A stretch of DNA of 64,000 bases, from assembly GCA_016618085.1 (NCBI GenBank), contig JABLTG010000037.1, forward strand, positions 1 through 64,000, given 5' to 3'. This DNA comes from Neovahlkampfia damariscottae. Lineage: Eukaryota. Numbering within the stretch: position 1 is the first letter of the stretch; each line of letters opens with the position of its first letter. Both the position numbers and the translations under genes were made by a program. Below the pieces are notes generated by a model, which did no database searches, was not told the origin of the DNA, and saw nothing but the letters and a program-made list of their open reading frames with translations. Of this stretch, positions 1 through 14,300 are shown piece after piece.

Positions 1-715
1 GATTCATTGTTATAGAACAACAACTGCTTCAGTTCATAAATGTCTTCAATGGTTACTTGCTCCAACAGATTTAGAAGATAAAAATCCAAAAACAGAACTT
101 AGACCACATGTCACATCACATTCATACAGATGTCCTGGATGTAATTTAGAAAGAGCCACACAAGCTTTGTTATCAGCAGGTGTACACATGGTGAATTCTG
201 CTGGAAATACAGGTAAGTTTGTTGTATTGTTATTAATTATCAGGACCAAGATGTTCAACTGTGAATGATAACGCAAGATTCAAAGGACAATTAGCAATTG
301 CTGCTCTTAAAAAAGAAAGTGATGAAGTCACCAGTTTCTCAGCTAAAGGTCCAATTTCAGGTCTCGTGAAACCAGATGTAGCTGCTCCAGGTGAAAGTAT
401 TGTCTCTGCTTCAGGTAGATCTGATGCTTATGTCTCCAAATCAGGAACTTCAATGAGGTAACTTTTTTTTCACAATTTTTTATTTTATTTTTTAGTTGTC
501 CAACTGTTGCTGGAGCAATTGCTGTACTTTGGGAAGCAGTTCCTGAGTTAAAAAGAAAAATTGCTGAAACTAATGAAGTAATCTTCAAGTCATCAAAACA
601 TCAAGAATTCAATATTTGTAACACAAATGGTTCACCAAATGCAGCTGTTGGATATGGTACTATTGATGTTAAGAAAATGATTAACACAGGCAAGCAATTA
701 TATGGAAAAAAATAA
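1..715 (+). CDS. Subtilisin-like S8 serine protease, 3' part (5' end outside window)
   Basis: Manual splicing (introns ~212-243, ~458-495) gives ..WLLAPTD..RPHV..VNSAGNTG..KPDVAAPGESIVSA..SGTSMSCPTVAGAIAVL..GYGTID. It carries the oxyanion Asn and catalytic Ser motifs. TAA at 713-715. Confidence 0.92.
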
Positions 716-776
716 AAATTTAGTCAATTCTTAACTTCGGGTATTTATCCAATAGAATTCTTTCATTGATTGACCA

Positions 777-2261
777 ATGCATCACTTGTTAAAGAACGAT
801 TCACAGTATTTTCATTTTTTTAAATATTGACTTTTCAAGTTCATATGATCCTTCTGCCATTGAAGCATCAATAAGAAAACACATTTCTGATGATATTGAA
901 AAAGACTCATTGTCAAAAGAAGGAAAAATTTATTTAGCTTCAATTCATAAAAAAAAACTCACTCATACATTTTCATTATGCAATGTGAAAGTTAATTCTT
1001 CTGAAGTTTATTTCATGGCTTTGAAAGATTATAAAATGATACATAGGTAATTTTCCCTTTTACTTCTAATTTTCAAAGAATACCTTTACGAGATTTTCGA
1101 GTTCAAAGAAGTGGTTTCATACCATGTGATGTACAAGGAAAAGAAGAAAAGATGCTTCATGTATTTGGTTTAGTTTTTAAATTTTCCGAAACTATTATTG
1201 CAGTCAAGTTTCAAGAAGAACTTGCTGGTAAAAAAAAAAAAAAACATTAACAATAATTTGAAATAGACTGGTTAGAAATATTTAGATTAATTGAAATGAG
1301 AAATTTTGCGAACATAGCACCAAATTATTTATTAACAAAAAAACAAGTTTTTAGTTCAGAATTATATGATGAATATAAATTAATACAAAGTCTTTTAGAA
1401 GAAGATGAAAAGATACCATTTGAAATTGAAGAATATGAAAATATTATAAAAGAAAGTGAATATTACTTTTCACCTGAATTTGAAGTTGAAGATTATAAAA
1501 AAAAAAAAGAAAAAACAAAAGATATTGTGACATTAAAAAAACAACATATTATTGATAATTCAAATAAACCAGAACAAAGAAGAAAAAAAATGACCTTAAT
1601 GCCACTTTCAAAAACGGAAGAAAAAAAAAGAAAAAAAATGACTTTGATGCCTGTAAAAAGAGTCGGAACTATAATGATACAATCAAATAAGAAATCAATT
1701 TCACCCATTGAAAATCCAAAAGAATTTATAAAAACACTTTCAAACGAACAAATTATTGATTTTTATGAAGATTTTCTTACTTCATTGGACGGAGAAATAG
1801 AATTTCCAGCTAATCAATTATTAGATTATTTTGAAAAAGAAAAGAAATTTCATAAAGAAGTTGGTCAATATTTGGGTGAAGTTTTTTTTGAAAGAAGATT
1901 AATTTATGGAGACTCAAATGAAGTTCAAAAATTTGAAAATTTACAAAACTTTATTTATGTTATTCAACCTGAAATATTACCAATGGCTTTTGAAAAACAA
2001 TTAAAAAATTCATTACTTCACATTATTGTTGATGATGAAATACCTGAACAATTAGAAAAATTAAATGTAATTGCTTTTGATAAATTAATTTATGTTTATG
2101 ATGAAAAAACAAAAAGATTAGTATTTGTATTTGACGAACCAGAAATTCAATTATTTCAAAATCCAGAAGAATTTTTTATTATTGAAGAAGACAGTTTTTA
2201 TAAATTTATTTGTGAAAATGAACAACAAAGAGATGAATGGAAAAATTTATATGAAAAATAA
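777..2261 (+). CDS. Hypothetical protein with probable N- and C-terminal PH-like domains
   Basis: ATG 777; three short GT-AG introns (~808-839, ~1047-1078, ~1228-1267) join into ORF 1296..2261. Segments such as KEGKIYL..DWLEIFRL and YKFICENEQQRDEW resemble the PH beta1 strand and the C-terminal Trp helix. Confidence 0.6.
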
Positions 2262-2369
2262 AAAAATATATAATTCTCACCAAAAACAAACATTTTTTAT
2301 ATATTCGTTGACCAATCAATTAATAACTTCATTTCTATTGGTCATTTTTTCAAAAGACTCAATCACACC

Positions 2370-5300
2370 ATGAAGTGGTTAATCTTTTTTATTTTTATAC
2401 TCTTATTTCTAAATATAAATAGCAGAAATGGTTTATTTGTTTTTTTTAATTTTTTTTTTAGTTTTCTGCTTTGGTTTAGGATCTAATGGTCAACTCGGAA
2501 ATTATTCAACAAATTCACAAAGTCTTCCAACACAGATAGCAACCGTTGATGGACAGAGTGATAAAGCAAAAATATTACCATCTGGTTCTTCAACATTCAG
2601 TTTGATGTCAACAGAAGACAATTCAATATATGGTTGGGGTTCAAATTCTGCAAATGAACTTGGACTTGGAGCTGATTTAGTGGATAAAAATATACCAACC
2701 AAAATTACAGATGCTATAGGAACTATTTTATCACTTCATGTTACAACAGGTGGTCGTTCAGCATTTGCAATAACTTCAACAGGTATTTTTGGCTGGGGTA
2801 CAAATGACAATGGTAAAATATAACTTTTATATTTTTAATTTAAAGGTTTATTTGGTGATGCAACAGCAAGATCTACACCTACTGCGATAACTTCTCTTGG
2901 TGCTACTCCAACATTTGTTGTTTCAGGTTATGATGCAACCAATGGTGGCTTTTCAGTTTTTGTTATGAGTGGTACGGAATTAAAAAGTTCAGGTTCTTCA
3001 AATGTTGGTCAACTTGGTTATGATTCAACTACAAGTTCAACAGCTCCAGTGAATGTCAAAATGAATGGAGACTTAAATGGAGAAACTGTTACATCAATTT
3101 GTGCTGGTACTTCTCATGTTGTTGTTTCAACAGGTTTGTTTTTTTATATATTTAAACATTTTAAGGTTCTGGACTTGCTTTTTCTTGGGGTTCAAATTCA
3201 AATGGTCAATTAGGTGATGGTACAATTCAAAATAAACTCGCACCAACTGCTGTAGATGTAACTGGCATTTTATCTGGTAAAAAAATTAAAGCAGTTTATT
3301 GTGGACATCTTCACACTCTCGCAATTTTGACAGATGGTTCTCTGTCATCATTTGGTAAAAATTCAAATGGTAATTTTTTTTTTTAAATTGAAACTTCAGG
3401 TCAACTTGGAAACGGAAACTATGTAGACTCTTATTCACCTGTTCTTGTTGATTTAAATTCAAAACTTTTGTTAACTTCACAACCTTCATTTGTTGTTGCA
3501 GGTTTGAGACATACTTCCATTTTCATGAAAGATGGAAAGGTGTACTCATTTGGCAGCAATTCAGATGGTAATTTATTTTTTTTTTTAATTTTTTTAAAAG
3601 GAGTTTTTGGAAACGGAAATACAAACTCAAACCTTCAAGCTGCTACTACTGACACTTCTGTACTAAATTCTGCTGGATTAACAGGCTTTGTGATTGCTTT
3701 CTCAGGTTCTAAACATACTTGTGCAATTGCTGAAAGCTGTGCTACTGCCACATCTTCAACTTTTGATTTTTGTGTGCTTTCTAACTCATGTGGTGCTGGT
3801 ACTTTTTATCAAGAAACACCATCAAACGGTACAAATAATGTATGTCTTTCTTGTCCACTTGGCACTGCTTCAGCTGCTACTGGACAAATGAATTCAACAA
3901 CTTGTGAAATTTGTCCTGCTGGTAAATATGCTTCTGATTTGGGTTCTATTTCTTGTTCTTCTTGTCCTGCTGGTACTTATTCTTCAATTGAAGGAGCTAC
4001 TTCTGCAAATACTTGTACAAAATGTCCAGCTGGAACTTACTCAACTACAATTGGAGCAACATCAAGTTTTACATGTTTAAAATGTGCTCCTGGAACGTAT
4101 TCATCAATTTTAGGAGCATCAACTTCTGATAATTGCACAAAATGCAGTGCAGGCTCTTATTCAATTGTCGAAGGAGCAACATCAATTTCAACATGTACAT
4201 CATGTAGTGTTGGAACTTATTCTCCAACTGAAGGAAGAAATACAACTTGTGCTAAATGTCCAACTGGTACTTATTCAGGTCAAATTGGCTCATCAAGTTG
4301 TTCAAATTGTACAGCTGGTACATATTCAGATGTTGAAGGAGCAACTGCTCAAGCTACATGCCAAAAATGTCCTGCTTCTACATACTCAACAACAGTTGGA
4401 GCTTCTTCTCTTGACAAATGTATCTCTTGCTCAGCTGGAACTTACTCAAATACAATTGGTGCTACTTCAGTCAGTGCATGTATAAATTGTACTGCTGGTA
4501 GCTATTCATTAGTTGGTGCTACTACTTGTATTTCGTGTCCTGCTGGAAAATATTCAGTTTTAAATGGTTCATCTTCATGCATATCGTGCTCAGCTGGATC
4601 ATATTCAAGTACAATTGGTGCAAATACAGCTTCTACTTGTCAACAATGTCCAAAAGGAACATATTTACCTTATAGTGGAGCTACTGCTGTGGACAATTGT
4701 ATTTTCTGCCCTATTGGAACTACTTCTGTTCAAGTTGGAGCAAATTCAAGTTCAACATGTGTTCAATGTGCAGCTGGTAGCTATTCATCAACATTAGGTG
4801 CATTTTCATGTGAAAATTGCACAGAAGGTTTTTATTCTTCCACAATTGGAGCTACATCTTCTGCTACTTGTACAAAATGTCCTACTGGTACATATTCAAA
4901 TTTAATAGGATCAGATTCTGTTTCTAAATGTACAAAATGTCTTGCTGGGAGTTATTCAACTGTTATTGGTGCAACAAATGATACTGTTTGTGCCCAATGT
5001 GATCCTGGAAGCTATTCTTCTGCTGGATCTTCAAGTTGCACAAAATGTGGAGCAGGTACTTATTCATCAACAATTGGAGGGAATTCATCTTCTATTTGTA
5101 AAAAATGCGTCGCTGGTACATATTCGACAACTGAAGGAGCAACTTCAGATTCTACATGTGTAAAATGTCCTTCTGGTAGTTATTCTTCAATTGAAGGATC
5201 TTCTACTATTGATAATTGTGAATTATGTCCTGTTGGAACTATTCTCACTGAAAGTGGAGCAAATTCAAGCTCTAGTTGTCAACAATGTCCAAGTGGCACA

Positions 5301-8300
5301 TATTCATCGACATTGGGATCATCAGTTTGTCAAAATTGTACAGCAGGTACATATTCAACAAAAATTGGAGCGAACACACCTTCTACATGTCTCCAATGTC
5401 CTGCAGGAACTTACTCATCACTTATTGCTTCAAATTCACTTTTGAATTGTATTCCTTGCTCAGCTGGAAATTATTCATCCACTACTGGCGGCCAAGACAT
5501 TTCAACTTGTAAAATTTGTAAAGCTGGAACTTATTCATCAGCTGGAGCGACAACTTGTTCAAGCTGTCCTGCTGGGACTTATTCAACTGAAATTGGAGCT
5601 ACATCTGTATCTCAATGTGTAAAATGTGCTGAAGGTTTATATTCATCGACAATTGGGGCAAACTCTTCTTCAACATGTCTTCAATGTCCAGCAGGAACTT
5701 ACTCATTCATTTCAGGAATTACATCCATTGACTTTTGTTTGTATTGTCCTATTGGAAAAATTTCAAAAGCTGTTGGTGCTAATTCAAGTTCTACATGTGA
5801 ACTTTGCCCTGCTGGAACTTACTCTTCTGTAATTGGAGGAACTATTTGCACAAATTGCACATCAGGTACATATTCAACAGCAACTGGAGCTTCATCAGTC
5901 TCAACTTGTCAAAAATGTCCAGTTGGAAGTTATTCATCATTGGAAGGTGCAACAGAAAAAACATTTTGTACTGCTTGTGCAGCTGGTTCATACTCGAATA
6001 TCGAAGGCGCAACATCAAGTTCAACTTGTCTACAATGCCCAGCTGGTAGTTACTCTTTGTCTGGATCTTCAAGTTGCACAGTTTGTCCTGCAGGTACTTA
6101 TTCTTCAACTGTTGGAGCTACTTCACCTGATACATGTATTAAATGCCTTGCTGGAACATACTCACCAAAAGCAAATTCTTCATCAATTTCTTCATGTGTC
6201 CAATGTGTTGGAGGAACCTACTCAACAAAAGTTGGTTCAATAACAATAAATGATTGTGAATACTGTCCTTCAGGTACATACTCATCAATATCAGGAGCAA
6301 ACTCAAGTGAAACATGCAAACCATGCTCGATTGGAACATATGCAGTTAACTCCGGATCAACTTCATGCACAAATTGCTCAACAGGTTATTATTCAATTAG
6401 TTCAGGAGCCACTGCGATTTCTACTTGTAAAAAGTGTCCTGTTGGCACATATTCTTTAATTTCAGGCTCTGGAACTGAGAATAATTGTATTAAATGCACT
6501 GCAGGAACTTATTCAACTGTTGAAGCATCAAATGGAACAGAATCATGCTTGCAATGTTCTCCTGGAAGTTATTCAACTGAAGGATCATCAAAATGTACTC
6601 TTTGTCCTGCAGGTACTTATTCTTCAACAAATGCTGCAACATCTTCTTCAACATGTCTTAGTTGCCCTGCAGGTACTTATTCAATCAATGCTGGATCAAA
6701 CTCTATTGTCAATTGTCAAAAATGCCCTGTTGGCAGATTTTCTTCAGTAATTGGATCAAATAAATTATCAGATTGTCAATATTGTCCAATTGGAACAATA
6801 TCCATTGTAGAAGGAGCAAATTCAAGTACAACGTGTGTTCAATGTCCAAAAGGTACATACTCTGATTCATTCGGTTCTTTTACTTGCACAAATTGTTCAA
6901 TTGGAACATACTCTGAAACTGCTGGAGCAAATGGAATCTCAGCATGTTTATCTTGTCCTGCTGGAACGTACTCAAAAACTGCAGGAATTGATTCAAAATC
7001 AAAATGTATCACATGTCAAGGTGGATATTATACATCACAACCTGGAACAACAACTGATTGTTCTCAATGCTTAGCAGGCACTTATTCGACTCCTGGATCA
7101 TCCACTTGCACAAGTTGCCCAATTGGTACATTTTCAACTCCAGGTTCATCTACTTGTGCAAGTTGTTCACCTGGAACTTTTTCAGATACAATTGGATCAC
7201 CAGCATGTAAAGATTGTGTTGCTGGCTACTATGCTGAAAATAATGGAACTTCAACCTGTGACGCTTGCCCTGCTGGAAAATATTCAACATTGAATGGAAG
7301 TAATTCAGAAGCAAACTGTATTGATTGTCCATCTGGCACTTATTCATCAGCAATTGGAGCAAATTCAATTCAAACTTGTGAATCTTGTCCATCTGGTACA
7401 TTTTCTATTGTCACTGGTGCTGAAAAAGTTGATTTATGTCAACTTTGTCCAATTGGTACTTATTCAAATGCAGCTTCAAACAAAAGCTCATCATGTGTTC
7501 AATGCCAAGCTGGTACTTATACATCAGTTATTGGTTCCACAAATTGCACCTCTTGTCCAGCTGGTACATTTTCAGATAAAATTGGAGCAATAGCATCAAG
7601 TTCATGCTTCTTATGTCCTTCAGGAACTTATTCAACAACTCCTGGAGCAAATTCAGTATCATCTTGTCAACCTTGTGCTTCTGGAACATATTCAAGTAAT
7701 TTAGGAGCAACTGATGTTTCCACTTGTAAACTTTGTAAAGCAGGTACATACTCTGATTCAAAATCATCCAATTGTCTTCCATGTCCAGCTGGAAAATACT
7801 CAGAAATTGATGGAGGAAATTCAACATCATGCATAAGCTGTCCTTTAGGAACGTATTCAACAACACTTTCTGCAAATTCAAGTAGTTTTTGTTTACCTTG
7901 TACACCTGGAACATATTCAGATGAATTAGGAAAATCTCAATGCACAAAATGTCCTGCAGGTCATTTCAATACAAAATCAAAATCCACAAATGTTTTAGAA
8001 TGTGAAAAATGTCCTACTGGTACCTACTCGAATCAACTTGGATTAAATTCAAGTGATCTTTGTGAAAGATGTAAACCTGGAACATATTCAACATTTATTG
8101 GAGCAACATCCATTTCTGTGTGCAAAGTTTGTCCGAGTGGAACATTCTCTGCAACTCAAGGAGCAAATACACCAGAAAATTGTACTGCTTGTTCACCAGG
8201 AAGTTATGCTGATTCATTGGGAAATACAAATTGTACATTATGTCCTCAAGGTACCTATCTCGATTCAACTGGAGCAAGCACAAAAACAAAATGTGTTTCT

Positions 8301-11300
8301 TGTCCTGCAGGTACTTATTCTTCAACTATTGGAGCATCTTCATTATCACAATGTTTACCTTGTGTTTCTGGTACATATTCTACTTCAGTTGGAGCTACTT
8401 CAAATTCTACTTGTGAATCGTGTCCTGCTGGATATTCCTCACTTCCAAGATCAACTTCTTGTACACCTTGTGGAGTTGGAACTTTTTCTACTTTTTCAGG
8501 TGGAGATCCTACTTCTTGTACAAAATGTCCAAAAGGTACATATTCAAATATTGTTGGTGCAAATAGTTCTTCAAATTGTTTAAATTGTACTCAAGGAAGT
8601 TATTCTGATGAATTAGGAAGTATTCAATGTAAACTGTGTCCAATTGGCACATACTCAGAAAATGAAAGAATTGAATCAATAGATTCTTGCATTAAATGTA
8701 GAGCTGGAACATATTCTGCAGCTGTAGGAGCGAATTCAAGTGCAACTTGTGAAGAGTGCCAAGCTGGAACTTTTTCAATCCACAAGGGAGCTATTTCAAT
8801 TTCAATTTGTTCACTTTGTCCAATTGGTACATTTTCCACAACAACAGGAGCTAATTCAAGTACTGCATGTAAACAATGCCCAACTGGAAGTTATATTTCT
8901 GATTCTGGATCTACTTCATGCAAACAATGCCCAGTTGGTACATATTCATCTTCAATTGGAGCTAATTCGATTACTACATGTTTAGAATGCCCAACTGGAA
9001 CGTATTCTGGTGAATTGGGAGCTTCAAATGAAACTACATGTATTCCTTGTGAAGCTGGTCGTTATTCTGCTGCAACAGGTGCTTCAAACAGTCTAACATG
9101 TGAGTTATGTGCTGCTGGATCTTATTCTGCTGCTGGATCTAGTTCTTGTATCCCTTGTCCAATTGGGAAATACTCAGAAACTGCTGGTGGAAATTCAACA
9201 TCATGTATTAGTTGTCCACTTGGGACCTATTCAACAATTCTTGGTGCAAACACATCAACAACTTGTATAGATTGTGATGGAGGATCGTATAATGATTTAA
9301 TTGGTCAATCTTTTTGTAAAAAATGCCCAGCTGGTTCTTACAACAATAATACAAAAAGCATCAGTTTAAATTCTTGCATTGATTGTCCTGCTGGTACATA
9401 TTTCAGCGGTACAGGAGGAAATACAATTGAAAATTGTGTAAAATGTCCTGCAGGTTCTTTTTCAAAATATACTGGTGGTACAGCTGAATCTATTTGTCAA
9501 CTTTGTCCTCTTGGTACTTATTCGACTGTAGTTGGTGCTACATCACGATCTACATGTATTTCATGTGAAAAAGGTACATATAAAGGATTATTAGGTCAAA
9601 CAAATTGTACTCAATGTATTCCTGGTACATACTCTGTTGAAACTGGTGCAAATACTGAAACTACATGCGAAAACTGTCCTGCTGGAACATATTCTACCAT
9701 ATTCGGGGCTAATACTTCAGCTTTATGTATCTCTTGTTCCCCTGGTACTTTCTCAACACAAATTGGAGCAAATTCATCATCTACTTGCCAAACGTGTTCT
9801 GCAGGAACGATTTCAGCTGCAGGAGCAACATCTTGTATTAATTGTCCAAAAGGAACATATTCACTTGCTGGTGACTCAGTTTGTAGCAAATGCCCAAGAG
9901 GAACTTATTCTTCAAGTGTTGCAGCTACGTCAATTGCAGCTTGTCAAAATTGTAGTGATGGATCATTTACTGATACAGAAGGATCAATTGGATGTTCTTT
10001 ATGCCCATTTGGTACATATGGAAATAAAACAGGATCAACATCTGTTTCTGAATGTATTCCTTGTCCAACTGGTACATATTCCGAAACTGCTGGTTTTAAT
10101 TCAAGCTCTCAATGTCAAAAATGTCCTGAAGGTACATATTCGTCAATAGTTGGAGCAGATGCTCTTTCAGATTGTCAACTCTGCCCAGCTGGTACTTTCT
10201 TAGGATATACTGGAGCTAGTTATCTTCAACAATGTATTCAATGTATTCCTGGAACTTATTCAGAATATGTTGGTTCAAATAATTGTAGTTTATGCGAACC
10301 AGGAACATATTCAACAACAGTTGGTGCAAATTCAAAAACAACTTGTCTTTCATGTCCAAAAGGAACATATAATCCTTCAATTGCTTCAAATTCTTCATCA
10401 GAATGTCTTAATTGTACAGCTGGTTATTATTCAAATGAAATAGGTGCAACTTCAATCTCTACTTGCAAAATTTGTAAAGCAGGAACATTTTCTAATCGAC
10501 AATCATCAAGTTGCACACCTTGCCCTGCTGGAAAGTACTCAGAAACTGATGGAGGTAATACAACTTCCTGTATTAGTTGTCCAAAGGGTACTTACTCAAT
10601 GACAATAGCTGCAAATTCAAGCAATTTTTGTTTACCTTGCGTTGCTGGTACCTATTCTGACAAAGAAGGAAGTACAAGTTGCTCTAAATGTCCAATAGGA
10701 TATTATAATTCAAATACATCTAGTACAACAAGGGATGCTTGTATTAAATGCCCAAGTGGCACTTATAATCCAACTGAAGGATTGAATTCAAGTGATCTTT
10801 GTATTCGTTGTCAACCTGGTACATTTTCAACATTTGAAGGAGCAACAGTTTCATCAATTTGTCAACCTTGTCCATTGGGAACATATTCAACTGCTGTTGG
10901 GGCGAATGATAAAACAACTTGCTCTTTATGCAGTGCTGGTACTTATCAAGATACTTTGGGATCAACAAATTGTAAAAATTGTTCAACAGGAACTTATTCT
11001 ACTATTATTGGAGCAAATACACCGAGTACTTGTCAAAAATGTCCTGCAGGAACGTATTCCACTGTATTTGGATCAAATTCAATAAATTCTTGTCAAAATT
11101 GTTCAATTGGAACGTACTCAAATTTAGTTGGAGCAAATAGTATTTCAACATGTACCAAATGTCCTGCAGGAAGTATTTCAGCTGAAGCATCAACAGAATG
11201 CACTCTCTGTGCACCTGGAAAATATTCATACACAGATTTTGGAAATTCAACTTGCATTGATTGTGAATTAGGAACATATTTGCCAACAAGAGGATCCAAT

Positions 11301-14300
11301 TCAAGTGGTCAATGTATTGACTGTATTCCTGGCACTTACTCTGATTCAACTGGAAGTATTCAATGTAAAAAATGTCCATCAGGATCATATTCAACTTCTT
11401 TCAAATTAACAAAAGCTGTGGATTGTACTGAATGTCCAAAAGGTACTTACTCTGAAATTGAAGGTATTAATTCAAGTTCTTTGTGTACAAGATGTCCAGT
11501 GGGCACTTACTCTGATTTAACTGGAGCAAATACTTTGTCACATTGCTTACCTTGTCCAATTGGAAAATATAATCCTATTGTTGGAGGAAATGATACCACT
11601 TCATGTATTCAATGTCCTGCAGGAAGTTATACAAGCTCAGTTGGAACATTTAATTGCACATTATGTCCTCTTGGTACTTACTCAGAGGAAATTGGTGCAT
11701 CAACACCCTCAACTTGTAGATCATGTCCATTCGGAACATATTCAACTTTGTTGGGATCAAATTCTATTGGAAATTGTGTTCCTTGTCAAGCTGGGTATTA
11801 TTCTGATACAATGTACGCACCATCCGTTTCTTCTTGTAAAGCTTGCGCTGCAGGGACATACTCTGATGTTGGTTCTTCAAGTTGTACACCATGCCCAGCA
11901 GGAAAATATTCAGAATTGACAAGTGGAAATACAACTTCATGTATTTCATGCCCAAAAGGAACATACTCAACAAAATTAGGAGCAAATTCAAGTAGTTTAT
12001 GCATTCCATGTATTCCTGGAACTTATTCTGATAAAGAAGCAAGTACGCAATGTACTCAATGCATTCCTGGTTATTATAGTACAATTGTTGGAGCAACATC
12101 CTTTAATAATTGCGCAGAGTGTCCAGCTGGAACATATTCAAATTCTTTTGGATTAAATTCAAGTGACCTTTGTGAAAGATGCTTCCCAGGTTCATTTTCT
12201 GAAATTACAAGAGCTACTTCAATATCTGTATGTACTTTATGTCCAACTGGTTCTTATTCGACAACTGTTGGTGCAAATACAACCATTACATGTACACTTT
12301 GTCCTACTGGTACTTTCACATCACGTCTTGGTACCATGGAATGTGACAAATGTCCACCTGGAAAATTTTCTATTGCCATTGGTTCAAATTCAGACATTTC
12401 ATGTGAACCATGTCCAAAAGGGACATTTTCTGAAGTATTTGGAACAAATTCAAGTGAAACCTGTACAAAATGTCCTGAAGGAACATTCTCAACTATTTTA
12501 GGTTCATCAAACAGATCAAGTTGTGAAGCATGTCCTCCTGGTACATTTTCATTGGCTGGGGCTACAGGTTGTACACCTTGTCCTACAGGTACATACAATC
12601 CAGGTTTTGGAGGAAATTCAACAGGTTGTTTGAAATGTGCAAAAGGAACTTTTTCCACTGCAATTGGAGCAAATTCAAGTATTGTTTGTGAATTTTGTCC
12701 TAAGGGTCAATACAGTGATGAATTTGGAAGTAATTCTTGTAAACTATGCGGAATTGGAACTTTTTCCGATATCACTCCTGCTACTTCAACAGATGATTGT
12801 TTAGGTTGTCCTGCTGGTACATACTCAAATAAAGTTGGATTGAATTCAAGTGATCTTTGTGAAAGATGTATTCCTGGAACATATTCAACTTTAGAAAAAC
12901 AAACGACTGCATTAACATGTTTAACTTGTCCTGCGGGTACATATTCAACATTATCTGGCAGCAATAGTTCTTTAAATTGTTTACAATGTATTCCTGGAGA
13001 ATATACAGCAAAACTTGGAGCTACAGAATGTGATAAATGTTATCCTGGCTCGTACAATGAAGATTCAGGTGCAAATGCTATTACTGCATGTAGATTGTGT
13101 CCAAAAGGAACATATTCAACAACTACAGCATCAAATTCATCAGAATTGTGTTTGAAATGTCCAATTGGTACATTTTCGCCATTCACTGGTGTTTCTAATA
13201 TTTCTGGTTGTGTGAACTGTCCAACTGGAGAATACTCAAATGCAGGATCTGATTCATGCACCTTATGTCCAGCCGGGACATATTCATCTATTGAAGGAGG
13301 TGGTCTCACTGATTGTCTTTTATGTCCAAAGGGTACTTTCTCAACTGCATTGGGAGCAAATTCGAGTTCAACATGTGAAAAATGTCCTTATGGTCAATAT
13401 CAAGATAAAACTGGACAAACATCTTGTACTGCTTGTTATCCAGGAACATATTTGACAGCATTGGGTTCAATATCAAAAGATAACTGTACATTCTGTCCTG
13501 CTGGTACTTATTCACCTCAAACTGGGTTGGAATATGCTGACAATTGTACTCTCTGTAGTATTGGTACATTTTCTAGCATTGCAGGAGCTGACTCAAAATC
13601 TATTTGTCAATTTTGCCCTGTTGGAACGTTTTCTATTCTAGTAGGTGCAAATAGCAGTGACTTATGTCAACAATGTCCATTGGGCACTTACTCTCCAGAA
13701 CTGGTAAGAACATTTTATTTAACAATTATTTTAGGGTTCAACTATTTGTAATCCATGTCCTGTTGGAACATATTCCACATCATTGTCTGCTACATCAGAA
13801 ACATCATGCAAGAAATGTATTGCTGGAACATTTTCATCAACTCTTGGAGCTAATAGTAGTGATCTTTGTTTACCATGTCCTGCTGGAACATTTTCAACTA
13901 AAATTGCTGCTTCAGATAATTCAACTTGTGCTTTTTGTCCACCAGGAACTTATTCTTTGCCAGGTGCTACTAGCTGTATCAGTTGTCCTATTGGAAGATA
14001 TTCATTTCTTCCTGGAGGTTCATCATTTGCTTCATGTCTTCAATGTCCTTTGGGATTCTATTCAAATGTTATCGGTGCAAATTCATCAGATTCTTGTATT
14101 TCTTGTCCTAAAGGTCAATATAGCGACCAACTTGGAACATCAGTTTGCAAAAATTGTCCAATTGGTACTTACTCTGAAACATTAAATGCCAGTGATGTAT
14201 CTTACTGTACTGATTGTCCTGCTGGGACATATTCAACAGTTGTTGGCGTAGATGCTTTAGTCAAGTGTACAAAATGTTCACCTGGTACATTTTCAACGTT

